The position numbers were made by a program, and so were the translations under genes. A stretch of DNA of 64,000 bases from Lingula anatina (Eukaryota; Animalia; Brachiopoda), in assembly GCA_051362555.1 (NCBI GenBank), contig CM120641.1, positions 17,980,001 through 18,044,000 on the forward strand, in the 5' to 3' direction. Under the pieces are notes generated by a model, which was given only the letters and a program-made list of their open reading frames with translations, ran no database searches and was not told the DNA's origin. Shown in pieces: positions 25,101 to 39,900 of this stretch. Position 1 is the stretch's first letter. Each line of letters begins with the position of its first letter.

Positions 25101-28100
25101 GTTAATGGGGAACACACCTTGCCCTCTTTTCATACCTATCTCAACACGCAAACAACCTTTAGTAGTACATTGTTTTAAGATATTCAATTTCAACCTACAT
25201 TTTTACCTGACCTCTTCAGTGGGCTCATAGCCACAAACTAACCCAGCCCATTACATTGTTTACTTTCAGTTTCTTAGCTTATAACCTTTGGTAAACAGAA
25301 TACTTAAAAGCTTAAGTTTGGTCTTACCTTGAACATAGCACCAGGTAAACTACACAGAATACCTGACACGTTCTGCATACCTGGACTGTAATTCTGGACC
25401 TATTTTACCTCCTTTTTTTACCACCTGTGACTCCCATAACAATTTGATTAGCTTAACTTAGCACCCTGCTAGCTTGACGACCATATCCACTCACCTCATT
25501 TTTAATGTGGCGAAATCCCAACAATTGTACTGACATGTTATAAGTCAGTATCTGGATCTCACTCTGCCTTTGCATCTATATGTAGCATGAAAATATACTT
25601 TGAACTCGGCCTGGTGTTTTTAGGTCCCTCTTCTTAAATATCTTTTTTTCTCTTTTAAAGAAGAAGACTTATTAAACTAGCTGAGACACACCAGCATGCC
25701 ATTGGCTTCACCTAACAGCCATAACAATGTTACAGTGACTGCACTAAGGAGTGGATATGATGGCTAATGCTGGACCCATCTCTGGTGTTATCAGATCCTG
25801 AATCTCCCATTGTTATCACCTGAGCCATCAAAGGGGAGAATTTCATTAATAATAGCACCTTGGCTAGTAAGAACAATTGTTGACAGCCAGGGCTCTTTTA
25901 AGAGTATTGAAATATTAGCGCTTTCCAATAACCTAGTTGTGCCTAGGGTTTTGCAGACTAGCAAGGTGGCTTTATGTAGAGACTTCCTTATGAATCCTCA
26001 AAGCGTTTCTGCTGTCTATCTGTGCCGCAAATGCTATAATCCCTCTCAGCTTCTAGTTTCACTTTTCCATTCCATAAACCAACCGCAGACTTAGTTCTCC
26101 AATGACAGAAAATATCCAGGTGTTTAGTTCAGGGTATGTGTCACCTGCAGAATCTCTGTCTCCATGCACTCTTTTGTTCCAGGTGTGACTTATTTTTCCC
26201 TACACAGCTGAACGTGCTGGGTCCAAGCACATGTGTATTGACATTATTATGGTGCATTGCAGTGTTTTTTTTTTCTCATTCGTTTCCAAAATACTTTTAA
26301 TTCCTTATCTCTAGGTAAGCTACAGCAAGTCAATCTTGGTCAAGCAGCTGGGCAACTTAATTAATTTCCTTTCCAACAACAAACTCATGCTGCAGTGCAA
26401 TCAGTGCATGTAGTTCTGCTCTTCAAAGATGCAGCTTGATAAAATGGCACCTCTTAGAGACAAAAATCTGTAATCTGTAATAGGCGAAAAAGAACATTTC
26501 TCCTTCCGTGATGATGTCCCTCACAAATCATATATTGAAAAAGTTTCTACCTCCAGTGATGCTTTGAACAGTCACTTGTGTAGAAATACTTCGCGTCTTT
26601 GTTCTGCTTGTCCTTATTATTCCGGTTTCTTTCCCAACAGGTCTTATATGTGCATCAAGAAATAAAATCTATCCATCTCAATTAGTTGAACTTGATTTCG
26701 GATCTTAAGTCAAACAGAGGAAAGAAAAACAAATTCAACTACTATATCTGACATTTCCTGAAATTTTTATGGATATGTCACAAACTGACTGGTGTCCCCA
26801 AATCAGTTAACGTTATCCCCAACTCTCCTTTCTTTTCACGGTCATATCTATCTACTGATAAAAAAAATATTATCTTGTCTTTCCTGACTGCCTTCTAGTG
26901 GTATATGCCTCACCTTGTGACACATGCATACTGTCAAGTAGAGCTTACAAATCTGAAACTCAGCATTGTCATAGCAACCATGTGACGTTGCTTAGCTCTT
27001 CTTGGAATGGCTAATTACTGTGCAAGGAGAAAAGAAAACCTACGCATCCTTGTGTTCAAAGATTTGTGAATAGCATTATATTTTTAGCCAAGATTAAAAA
27101 CAATATCTTGCACATACAGCTGTTATTCCACTCACCGATAATGAAATCTTTGCATCTGATCTGTTCTTTAAATATCACAGTCATATTTATGTGAAACCTT
27201 CCTAGAAATGACTGTTGCAACCACATTTTAAATATTAACTCCAGAGACCCGATGCTTTAATTGTGAACCACAACAACCGAAATAATACCAAAGATAGAGC
27301 AAAGTAACTCCCCCCCCCCCCCTTACTTATGGTACAGTCTTGTCAAGACAGACGTCATAGTACATAAATGACTGGAACAGAAAGCAACAGTTTTGTCAAC
27401 TAAAATGTCACTTTTGCCTTTGGGATTCCCTTAGGGCATCTGCGTAAGTTTTTTTTTTTTTTTTTTTTTGGTAAATATACATAAAAAATACAAATAAAAT
27501 TCAATAACCATCCATCAAATCACATGCTTTTCCCTACCATTTTTTGCTTGACCATTGTTTCCAATTCTGAGGCCAGCTCTGTTGGGTTTGCTGTGTCTGT
27601 TGCCTTCAATGACAAAGAAGAGGACTGTAAGGAGAGAGAATAAAGAATGGAATATATATCAATTGTTCTAAAGCAAATATGCCATGCATTCTTCAAGCAG
27701 CCTAATCTGCCAGTGAAAACAGAGGAAAGAAATTGCAAGAATGCCATATCTCATCAAAAAATCAGCAGTGTTTCTTTCAACCTACTTAAATTTGACTCAG
27801 TTAGTGCTAAAATATGTAACTCTGCTCTAGAAAGTGTGTACTGATTGTGGGAACAGAAGTGGAGGTGGGGAGTAAGGCCCCATTAAGAACTGGGGACTAA
27901 CTAGTCCGAGGGTCAAATATGGCGACCCACTACAAAGCTTGACATCTAATCCACTAATAGACACTGAATAGATATCCTGTGGGGAAGTATTCAAGTGGGT
28001 TGACCATATTTGGACTAGTTAGGCCCCTATTCTGAATGGGGCCTAATTCAGGCATTTGTAACAATAGCCTTACCAGTTTAGCATGGACATCTTCTTGTGA

Positions 28101-31083
28101 GGTAGGGTTTGAGCCAAACAAGTGCTCCTGAATTTCCATGGGTGGTGGCAGTTCCAAGTCCGGTGCTTCTTCAACTTCCTCCGTGGTTGTTGCCCCGGCG
28201 CTTACCGCTCCGTTGGCTTGCCCATTTTGCTGCGGTGGCTCGGCAGACACTGTGCATGCATGACGGGGCTGAATGTTGTGAACCTCAGATTGTTCCTGAA
28301 ATATGTATGAATAAAATGTGTACTTAAACTGAACTCTTGCCTATAGGTTTTTATGGGACTGTCACTTAAAATAATGAGACAAACCCTTGATGAACAAAAC
28401 CTGCATTTTTATATACTTAGCAGTTTCAAAATCTTTTATAACAATTTTTACTTCATGTCTGTTCTTGGCTGGGAAAGTAGCCTGTATCTAAGTCTCAGGT
28501 AACATCTTTGTTTTAAAAAATAAAGGATGATTTTATATATAGTGTAAAATCAGGTCTACTTCACACCTTCAGACCGTCTTTAAAGCATGATCACATAATT
28601 AGATACAAATTATTTTAATAATTTAATAATTAATAATTAAAATCACTGAGACTTTCCCATAATCTGAGTGTCTTTCAGCAGCTTTCGGAAATTCTTAAAT
28701 TACATGCATCTACAGAGCACTGGGAATACAGAATACAAACGGCAACTACAAATGTGCACTTCAAATCACACGAAAGCAGACCCGACACATCATTTTACTG
28801 CAGGAAAATTTGCAAATTTCACCAAATTGTGAACGTCATGGCAAATGACAACCTGGTAGCAATCAAATGCTGTAGAAAAAATTGCAAAAAATCTACAAAC
28901 ACGCAATTAATTCTATTATATTTTTCTTTAACAACAAGCACCCACTTTTTAATAGTCCCACTTTTCCTGTCCTCACCAGATGCAAAAGATAATTAAATCA
29001 AGCTGCAACTAACTTTCATGGCTTCTTTTTGCTATTTCATAGAACCATGAATCATGACTATAGCATCTCGGAAACTCCTTCTGCGATTTAAGTGTTACCA
29101 TACTTAAAGTAAGGTAACAATAAATATACTTATGGAATGTGAACTTGTATTTTCCTGTGTGCCTATGCCTGAGTAGTGTAGAATGAACACATGTAAACAT
29201 TTCAAGTACTTTTTATCTGCATTTGTATGGAAGCCATCTCACCAAAAAAGTTTTTTAAAAAACATACCTCTGCTGGTAAATCTTCTTGTTGAGCTAGAGG
29301 TGGAGATTCTGTTCTCTTACTGTCATCAGACCCACTGAGGAAGTGCTGCAAAGGGATAAAAAATAGTTAATTCTTAGGTGCAAATTAAATCACATGTGCA
29401 GTAAATCAAAGTAAATGTAAATATGGGTTTTTGAAGTATAAACATTTCAATTTCTTCTCAATTGAATGCTCAAAAAAAAAGGAAAGTTTCAATTTTTTTA
29501 AATCATGTTACCTGGTAAAAGAAGAAAAAAGTTAGTGCAAGACTGCAGTGCTAAAAACCTACGAGCTAATAAAAAGATCACCTCAATACCAAATAATCCT
29601 CATATAGGCAAATCCACTCTCTTGTTTCTGAATGAATTTAAACAACCAAATGACATATCTAAAGAAGAAATTCTACATAAAAAACACAAGTTTATGATTC
29701 TTTAGATCACTGTTTTGCTCACCACACTTTTAGCAGCTCTTGAGCGTCTCATTTTTCTTCAATGTAGCAAAGATATCTTCACAATTATGAACATAAAACT
29801 CCACAGAACACGTTTTATATAAAGGAAACATGACGTAATCTCATTATATCACCATCAACAATAACAACAACAACAAATACTAAGACGGAAAGGAAGTATC
29901 CAGATCTCAGAAAACAGATAACCAACAAATGTGGGTAGACCAAACATCTATTCATTAAGGATATTAAATACCTGCTGGATTATTGAGCAGGCTAAGGAAA
30001 CGGATGTTTACAACGGAAGAGCGTCTTGAATCCCTTATGTATCATCTTTTATTTAACATACTTCAAATACTCTTTAATTCAATTATGATCATATTCGGAT
30101 GTTATCATATTATCACAACCTTTCAATTATAGTGTTCTGTGCATAATTATTATAATTACACGCATACAAAATGCAGACCGCAAAAAAAAAAAAAAAAAAA
30201 AATTGTCCAATTCACGCTCAAACGTTAATTATGATGTTCTAAACATGCAACACCAAAAGCTGATTGTAACCCCAATTCTGTTTTCAATTCATGATTTATG
30301 TGTTAATTGGATGGAGGTTGGAGGCTAACTAGGTGTCCTCCTACTCATTTGGCAAGTTTTAATGACTTCCTTGATGCAGAATATATTAGCCGATTTTTAC
30401 TAGTCCAGAGCTTTCTTGAGCATAGATATTTTCTGATACAATAGTTCTTTACAATTGAGTAACTGAAGTTACATTGCACATTGTAAATTTAACTTGCTTT
30501 CCTTTTATTTTGCATTGCTTCAAAAATAATAGGAGTATATTTTGCATTTTGCATCTTGGTCAGCAGTTAAATAAGAATTGGTCATCAGGATTTGTTTGTA
30601 ATTGGATACACATTAGACTAAAAATAAGCAAACTGATGAGGCCAGGGAAGCAAGTTACATAATTATAGCTATAAATAAACCAGATAAAAAGTAAACAAAA
30701 AATCAGACATGAAATGACTGCAGGTTTCCATTTCAAGTTGTAAGTGATTGGCAAATAGAGGCGAATTCAGAAGAGATGGTATCCAAAAATTAAAGACTAC
30801 ACAGCCAGTCCCATATTCAAAGTGTCCATAACACATAGGCAGTCCCATAATCAAAATGTCCCAGATTACATGGGCAGTCCCATAAGTTTAATGTTTTGTT
30901 TCTTCAATGAATGAAGTAGATCATTTATCCCACCCAAAATCTACCACCCCTCCACTCTCAGAACTATCATACACAGATTTGTATGCAATCTGGCAATTAT
31001 GCTAGTACAAACCATCGGGTTTTGATTTCACAAGTTATATACAGATGGGATTGAACACCACCATTATAACCCGCAAAATGATC

Positions 31084-31116
<33 letters not shown>

Positions 31117-34100
31117 AGATGGCCTAAAATGAGGCTGTTCACAATGTGATGTCATAGAAGACTAGAGAATTTGCGAGAATCTGTGTGAGGTAGGGTTAAC
31201 TTTTCAGAAATTAGAATATACCTCTATGCCTTAGGAATGTCACCTTATATTGTAATGCTACATAATATAGATCCCACTCTCCTCTAAATCTCCCTTCCTT
31301 TTACAGTACAGTCTTGACACTTTGGGCTATCTGGGATGGTTTGTACCACTATACCTCACACAATAAATCCACTGAAAATTATTACAGATGTAACTTACTT
31401 AATGAATTGTAGACCCAAAACCACCTTACATAAAGCCAGTCTACACAACCCTTTAAAGTAGCACTTTATGGGCTTTATTCAATGTGTGACCTGTCTGGAC
31501 TCAGTACAGGTTGCTATAATTCAAATGGCCTCTGGGCATCTTTAAGGGGCGGATCCAGGGATATTTTCTGACAGTCTTCCAAATTATCTTTGTTGATCCA
31601 TCCTCCATTTTGTAACCCTCTTCTGACAGAAAAAATTAGATACTCATCCATGTAAACTTGAAAAATTCTTACTGTCTTCCAGAAGACAGCCTCAGGTCCC
31701 CCCGCCCCCCCACCCCACCCCACTCCCCTCCCCAAATCTTTCACCAACTGGAAGACAACAGAAAACATGCTGTGTTGGCTGTCATCACCAAGAGAACAAG
31801 GTTGGTAGGTTATCATATTGGAGTGCCTCTGAAGCAACAGGCTGGGCATCAATTCTATTGATTTTCTGCTAGACACCAGCTAATGTCAGCTGGCTTTGAT
31901 AATAATAACAAGTAGAAGTCATCACGCTGAAATGATGTCTTCATTATTGGCTCCTAAACTAGCTCTATGAAGCTACAGACTGACAGTTTAAATGAACACA
32001 CAGATCAAACTTTCACAACCGAGCTCAGCATGAAATCTTTTTGTCTGATAATGCATTGAAAAATATAATGATAAAAATAAATCAAAGAAGAAATGGATAA
32101 CCCATGAACACTATGACAAGTAAGAATTAATTTTCCTGTTTTTCTAAAGCCCCAGTAATCTGATGATGAAAATGTATATGCTATACAACAGATACAACAC
32201 AACAGAGGAGAGACCTGTTTAACAACCAAAATTAAGCAATGCATGTATTTCTATGGGCAACACACACAGCCTAGTTCATTATTAAACAATTAGGCTTTAT
32301 GCAAGCTTACAAGCAATGGGTGCATTTCCAGTCCAGCAGTGACTGCTTAACTCTGACCTTTACACATCAAAAAGTACACTTAAAGGTACCATATCTAGGA
32401 TTTTCCTGCCAAATCACATTTTCCTTGGGGGAAAAAGTTATTTTCTCCTACTCAGGTCCCTACAATTGGATTTGATATTTATACCATTTTTAATTAAATA
32501 ATTAAGTTCTGAATATTTCCCTTAATATTTAGACCACAATGTCTTCCTGTATATTTCAGAAGGAAATATGGACGTCAGGTACTTTAATTTGAGAGAGTGT
32601 TCTGAGCCACATCAGGATTAGATTGCCTTCCTGTGGTTAGAAATTGTAAACAAACAGTAAATTGTTAAAGCATCAGGACAATACAGTGAAATTTAAACAG
32701 TTAAGTGACAGGAATATTGCATACAAACTATTTGTTTCTAACACTTTGGACTTAGAGGCTGATTCTATATCTAAGATGCCCAGTCATTTAGTCAAGGGCC
32801 TTGCTTCCATGTGGATCATTTTGATGTGATATTTTCAGTGATTAAATTATACATAAGTGAAATCCCTTCAATTCCCCAGGTGATCTTGACTTATTCTTAA
32901 ACTGCATCATGAAAGTGAACAGAGACTGTTAATAGTGGGGAAAACACTATCCAGTCATAACATCATGTAAACCATCTAATTTTTCAATAATTAAATTAAA
33001 ACATTTTGTTAACCATTTTGTAAACATAAAGAAAAATGTTAAAAAGGAGGAAAATCCCCACTCTTGCAGAACTGATATGTTTTCCATTTTTTCTATAAAA
33101 CTAAAATAGATGCATCTCAGTCCATCTTTTAACATACTGAATTGTGTCTCTAAGTCTCTCACACCTTATGGTTGTAAACCTACAGACTAAAATAAATTTG
33201 GAAAAGTAAATAATAGTAATGCAATAGTTTCCATCTACTTCTTCATCACATTCTCTGTCAAGCTCTCATATACCTTACAATGAACATTACCATTAACATA
33301 TTGTCCAACAGATCATAGCAATATTGTTGCTTTATTGCTGCCAATACCAATCAAAGCCCACCTTTTAAATAGATTTTCTTTCTCAAACAACAATATTTAC
33401 AACTAAGAGCTGTATCTGGGTTCTCTTTAAAGTCCTAATACAAACATTAACATTACATCATGCCATACATAACATCATTTACTGGTAATATCATGCATAT
33501 ACTGCTGTTATACTAACAGTTACAGTATTCAAAAAGGAACAACCCCTTACCTATTCAAAATATGTCCCAAATGTCCCCCTTTTCTCACCCCTGTGCCCAA
33601 CAAGTGATTATGTTGGCTATGATCTCTCTAGAATGCTGTCTGAACATCCAGATTGAACTCTTCTTGATTAGGAATGAATTATTATTGATTCCATGTTATC
33701 TTGATACTGGTTGCCATGGCAACGGGCTCAAATGCTATTCACCACACCAGCATATTTCATTCAAAGGTAAAAGCTAAGCAGTTGCAAAAGAATTTTCAAT
33801 ATGAAGGAAGGGATGGGGGAAGCAAAAATCAGAGACGAGGATTGCCAAGAGTATTAGCCAAAACTTGATGGGTGTAGAGATGACTAGCTCACAAGGATGT
33901 GCTTTAGAACTAGACGATCTGCAAGCACCTTAATTCCAATATTCTGCAAAACTTACTCAATGCACTCCATACCATATGAAATAAATGAATAAATAAAATC
34001 AAGAATAAGACCTTGAGTATCATTACACATCATCAGACATTTTCAAAAGTTCTTTTTAAATGGATGATTTGATGTCTGGTTGGATACTAGAATAAAACCC

Positions 34101-34915
34101 AGAGCTGGACTCTCTACAAAGGAAGAATCTATATAACCCAAACAGTTCCCCAACAAACTTAAACAGAGAAAAAAGAGAAATGGACACTCAATCAATCGTA
34201 AGCCCTTTCCATATAGCAGTTGTACCAGATATCTTAACATGAAAAATGGTCAGACTAAAGGTAACGCATGAGATAGTTATACTAAGATCCCTCCACAGGA
34301 AATAAGCATAGACATTTGATGAAGATGACAACCAAAGGTATGTAACCTTTAAATCTTCTCAATAAATGAGATCATTCCTACCTTCAAAGTTGATCTTCAT
34401 TCTACAATGGTGATCAGGCTAAGACACGAGTCTCTCTGCTAGTTATCAAGCTCAAACAATCCAGCTATCATAATGCAATGGTTTAATCAAATTCAGGCAA
34501 ATGCAATCCATGTTAATAAAAAAAGGCTAATGAATGAGAAAAAAAAATCATGATTTCTAATTGGACTGACTCAGATTTGGTGTTTTGCCCACCAAGACCA
34601 TATATCCCACTATCACCAAGCCTCTGTGCAAGCCTCTGATGGAGCTAAAAACATAGAGCACTAATCAATTACTCATTCAGTCTCACATATTTATTGACTA
34701 AAACTATAGTCACTTCAGTTGTTTAACTATTGGCAGGACTATAATTCTGACATGGATCAACTTATCTCAATCTCCTTCAGAGGAAAGCACTGTTGATAGT
34801 TGTAGTCCTGGTCAGGAAAGCCTACTTTACAAGGTACTGTATACAAACTATCAAGGAAACAGTTGGCTTACTTTAATGCAGTAAAAACCTGTCGTGGTCC
34901 ACTAAAATACAGTGA

Positions 34916-34981
<66 letters not shown>

Positions 34982-36910
34982 TAAAATGCTCTTCTTATTG
35001 CATTTTACTTTGACCTGTCTATGTATTGGGGTTCCCTGTTTTGTCCCATTTATTATTAAATAACTTCGTTGTAAATGAATCAAAACTTATTAAGTGCATG
35101 CCTTCCTGATATTTTAGAAGGATATATCAACATCATGTTCTTTTATTTGCATGTATTATCAGGTTTGAATGGAGAGAGGTAAGTAGTTTTTCAGGATATT
35201 AAGACATGAAAAATATGGCATTGGAACATTTTCAAATGTACGTCATATACATTATATTTTGAAAGTACCCTTATCCCACTCTTCACATATGTAATTCATC
35301 TGGTTATGGTTCACCTTGGTTCCCAAGAATTTCCCCAATCCAGGCAAAGCTAATAGCTCATCGTAGCCCAGGTGAAAAAGTTATTAAGCACATCCACTTT
35401 GATCCTAGGGCAGATCTATACATAACATTTTTAGTTTCTCTCCCCATCTGCTGGAAGATGGCAAACAACTTTAAAGATTACCACAAGACCCAGTTACATC
35501 ATTCTCTTGAATAAATAGCTGTTGTGCATCAACAGTGATACTTTTTTGTAGATTCACCCAGCATGCCTATTCTGCACCAGATTCAGCCTAAACAGATATT
35601 CAACTTCATTACTTCCTGCAGAGACCAAGGCAGGTTTCAGATAGCCCTAGCATCTTCAGCGTGATGATAACTTGCATGGCAGAATTTTTATTTTGTTTGA
35701 TAAATGTGATTTTTTTTAAATTCAGGTCCTTTTCATATCAAATGGTATACTATGAGAGAGTGACAAAATGATAGCCTATTTATTACATAAGAAAGCCGCC
35801 TAAATGGAGCCTAAGAGCGCATTCTCAACGAATTAAGCCAGGCTTTACAAAGCCGGTGACCTAAAAATGGCGGACGTACATGAAAGAAAAACCGCCTAAT
35901 CTTTTTATAGTCTCTCCGCCTCCCCACACGTCGTCCCTGCGGGGTACAGTAATTAAATCTCGGCTCCGTTCGCCATGCGGAAGCTACCTGAGAAATATTA
36001 AGTGCGCATGCTCATCAGTTAAACTCGTGGTGAAGAACGCATGGCGGCTGAAGGCGATCGAAGGAAAAAAGCTCTTCTGTTCTATTATCTTTGAAAACAG
36101 AGACGAAAAAGGAATAATTTGGCCCGTAGAGCAGCAATGAATCGACTATCTACGGAGATAATATCACCAGAGATATTCACGGAAATATTAATGTTCGGAG
36201 CCGAGATTTAATTACTGTACCCCGCAGGGACGACGTGTGGGGAGGCGTGTGAGAGGCGGAGAGACTATTAAAAGATTAGGCGGTTTTTCTTTCATGTACG
36301 TCCGCCATTTTTAGGTCACCGGCTTTGTAAAGCCTGGCTTAATTCGTTGAGAATGCGCTCTAAGTGCTGGAAATGGCGTATCAACTTAATTAAAAAGCAG
36401 GAAGCAAACTTGTGGAGAACTTGTGAAAGGAAGTAAAATCCTCTGTAGCATAATTATATGTTGGGACCTCTGAAAGTGTACTGGTACAGACAACAGCTGA
36501 AGTATATCACTCCATGGAAAAAGGATCTAAAAATCATAAGAACCAGAATTTTTGTCTTAAAATGATTCTGAATAGGAACATTTGAGGCCATACTTCATGA
36601 GAAGCTCTATAGTTGTGAGCTTTTAGCACCAAAAATCATTGCAATTTAGGACCTGTCTAAACAGTCCCTCATCAGCTTGTGTGAATGTGTTAGTGTCATA
36701 TGTAGGAGAGCTGTGTAAATTTATCCACAGAGGTCAGTTTAAATTGCTTTGAGCTGCAACAATAACAAATATTTGTTTTTTTTAATCAATGTAAAGAATG
36801 CATAACCTTTACTGAGGAAAAATATATCCATCTTATTTTTTAATAAAAAAAATTGAGTATTTCTTTTTTGGAAATTTTAACATTCATACAACAAACTCCA
36901 CATCATTATT

Positions 36911-36986
<76 letters not shown>

Positions 36987-39900
36987 CCTTGTGTTACTGT
37001 GAAAAGTCATAAAGGTGCGCACATACACATACACATACACACACACAAACATACAAGCATTGGTAATCAATATTTCTAGATGAATTCAACTGGTTTGACC
37101 TTGATTTGAAAGCCATGTTTTAAAGGTGACTTTGTATTGATTGCTTTCCAATGAAATAATTTCATCTTCAGTATCTAAAGGCCATCAAAGTGTTTTAGAG
37201 ATACCAGCCTGTCATGCTGTATATTAATGTTAGTATGTTTACAAATAGGAGCTGCTTGAAAAGCTTGCCATATTTTACATGAGTAAAACATACATTTAGT
37301 GGATTTCTTAACTGGGTAAGCCCTGAAATGCCTGTCCTGCTGCATAGGTGATCAATTTCATTAAGATATATGTTTTCAAATGACATTTGTTAACTGCCTA
37401 ATTTTACTAGATTTGCCATGATCATGTCTAAATAGTTCACTGTGCTCATCACAAAAAATTAATTAATTAATTAATTAATAAAAATAAATATATAATCCAA
37501 GCTATAGGCAGAAAACAGGGCACTGTTTGTTAAGAATCAACTTCTTTAACATAGCCTTGTGTCGTTTTGAACAACCAGCTCATCAACAACATACTAATTC
37601 TATATCTTTATACAGCAAAGTTGTTTTTCATAGTCAAGCTCTATGAGTATACATTTTCTTACCCGAATGATGGCCAGCTTTCTCCAGGATCGTCTGGGAT
37701 CTCTGCGGGGAGGTTTGGGTGGAGTTTCTGCCTGTTTTTCATCAGCAGTAAGTGCATATCCATTTTCTTTCAACTTTCCCGATCGAGTGGAGAGATTGGA
37801 AAACATACGAAATAGAGACCTACGACTCGACTGACGATGCTCCATTCTTTCGTGGATATTATAATCACAATGTAGGCCTATCTGTATATCAAACTCCAAT
37901 GTTATTAAATCTAATATATGTGACTACACATGACGTACTCGCTCTCATTTTGTCACCTTGGACTTAATCCCAACTGTCTGAAGTGCTTGACACGTACACG
38001 TAATAGATCACATTTGCCATATATAAAATTCCTTGCTCCATACTTTTAGCGTCAACTCCATTGAACATTGATTAAAAATGAAAAATATAAGAGGCCTCTC
38101 TAGCCATGAAAAAAAGCAGTGGACACACCTCCATTGTGCTGCAGAACTCTTTCTATCTGTAACCCCATTTTTTGTTCAGCCAAAAGGACAGCATCAATTT
38201 CACCTTGGTACTACTGAAGCAAATATGTTTCTTTGCAGGGTCTTCAGAGACTTCTCAGCCAACTTGTGCATAAAAAGCAAGTCAATAGTTTTGTATAGCA
38301 AAACTTAAAACCATTAACCCACAGTCTGGCCCTTGCATGTATTACGTGTAAAATATTCATTCGTCTTGGAACACAAAAATATGCTGAGCTGCAAATATCT
38401 CCTTCAAATATGAGGCAAGGTAGTTCCCAAGTCCCTTTCTACATTGTTCTCCTCTTACTAAAATCCTTTGGGATTGCAAACAACTGCATAGAACTTAACC
38501 TTCATATATTTCTATCCGTAGATCCTGTTCTATATATACAAGCTCCTACGTCTTCTCCGTCTTCCAAACTTGCCTTAATTCCTATAGAACTATGCTCCGT
38601 ATGCCTAGCACCTGGAGGCTAATTAACTCACCGAGAGGTGCAAATATTATACGGCTAGGACGACCAAATGGTCAGCGTGTTCCCAGATTTCAACCTGCCT
38701 CCTCAGTTTTATCACTGCCTTAAACAAAGTACAGGTAATTTACATATACCACCTCACATCACCCAAACTTCCCAGAAGGTTTCCATTTATTACAGATTCA
38801 AGTAGCCAGCCAGATCAAACCTGGCATTGCTGTACGGCTCTTTCTTACTAAAGCCAATGTTTTACCCTGTGTATATATATAAACATATATATGTGTATGT
38901 GTATATATCCTTTGCAGTCTTTTGAATTAATCCACCTACAGGTACTCTACACACTTGAAAGGGTTTCCAGTAAGAACCATGGTCAACAAATCCTTGTTTG
39001 TCATAACTGGTCTGAAAAGCCTTGACCAAACCAAGCAGGATTATAAGGAGACTTTCATAGTCTATTTGTCCACTTAGACCAAGTTTCCTGTTTGGGAATA
39101 AAAGTTCAATCGTATCATGTGGATGGAAGTCAAGCTCCTGAAGCCATGATCAGAATAAGATCACTAAGGTGTATGTCATTATTTGAACTTTCCTTTCAAC
39201 AACGAAGAAAATAATAATAACAATAATTTCAGTTAAGTTACAATTCTGAATACAATAAGTGACAAGAAAAGAAAAAAGAAAAAATTATTTATCTTGTCAA
39301 GGTACTTGTATCTAGCCCCTGCAATATATACTTTGAATGTTAACAGTTTACTCAATGCAGTGGGCCTGACAAAGACATTCATCCAGACAACTTTTGTTAA
39401 TGCTGAATTCCTCTAGGTGCAACTATAAATACTCCCATAGAGCTGCTATGCTCTCCCTCCATCACTGCTGTGCACATTTTCTCCATGCATTTCTATTCTC
39501 AATAACATTACATGGTAAGGTCTCGTTAATCTTCATATATCAAACTTCTATAAGTTTTCTGCAATTGGGCAGAGTTCCAAGAGCTGTCTGATCATTTGGT
39601 TTATAACTTTGTCCATATATATATCTATAATTTGTCCATCAGGGTTAAAGACCCACCTTAGCATCAGCAGCACTACGAAAGAGATTTGAATTGTCTGCAA
39701 TTCTATCTGTCTAACGATCTGTATCACATCCCATATCAATTTAATTTTATCCTTTTTGAAAAAATGCAGTTGTCTCCAACCTACAGCTTTCTTCAATTTA
39801 ACAAAACCAATCCAGAGAGTTCAATGTACTTAAGGGAGATATATTCATAGTCTGGTTCAGCATCCCAATGTATCAATCCTGAAGACAGTCTTGCTGGATA

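Noticed and set aside
30806-30887. Spaced repeats resembling a CRISPR-like array
   Set aside because: Only 2.4 units, spacers are similar to each other, eukaryotic intron; a minisatellite.
33551-33647. Coding first exon downstream of the perfect X-box
   Set aside because: The phase-0 frame ends in TAG at the 33551 donor and the ATG frame is phase 2 at the other donor; at most a non-coding exon.
35880-36140. 86-aa ORF inside the MITE
   Set aside because: Starts within the TIR and shows no transposase or Myb-like motif.
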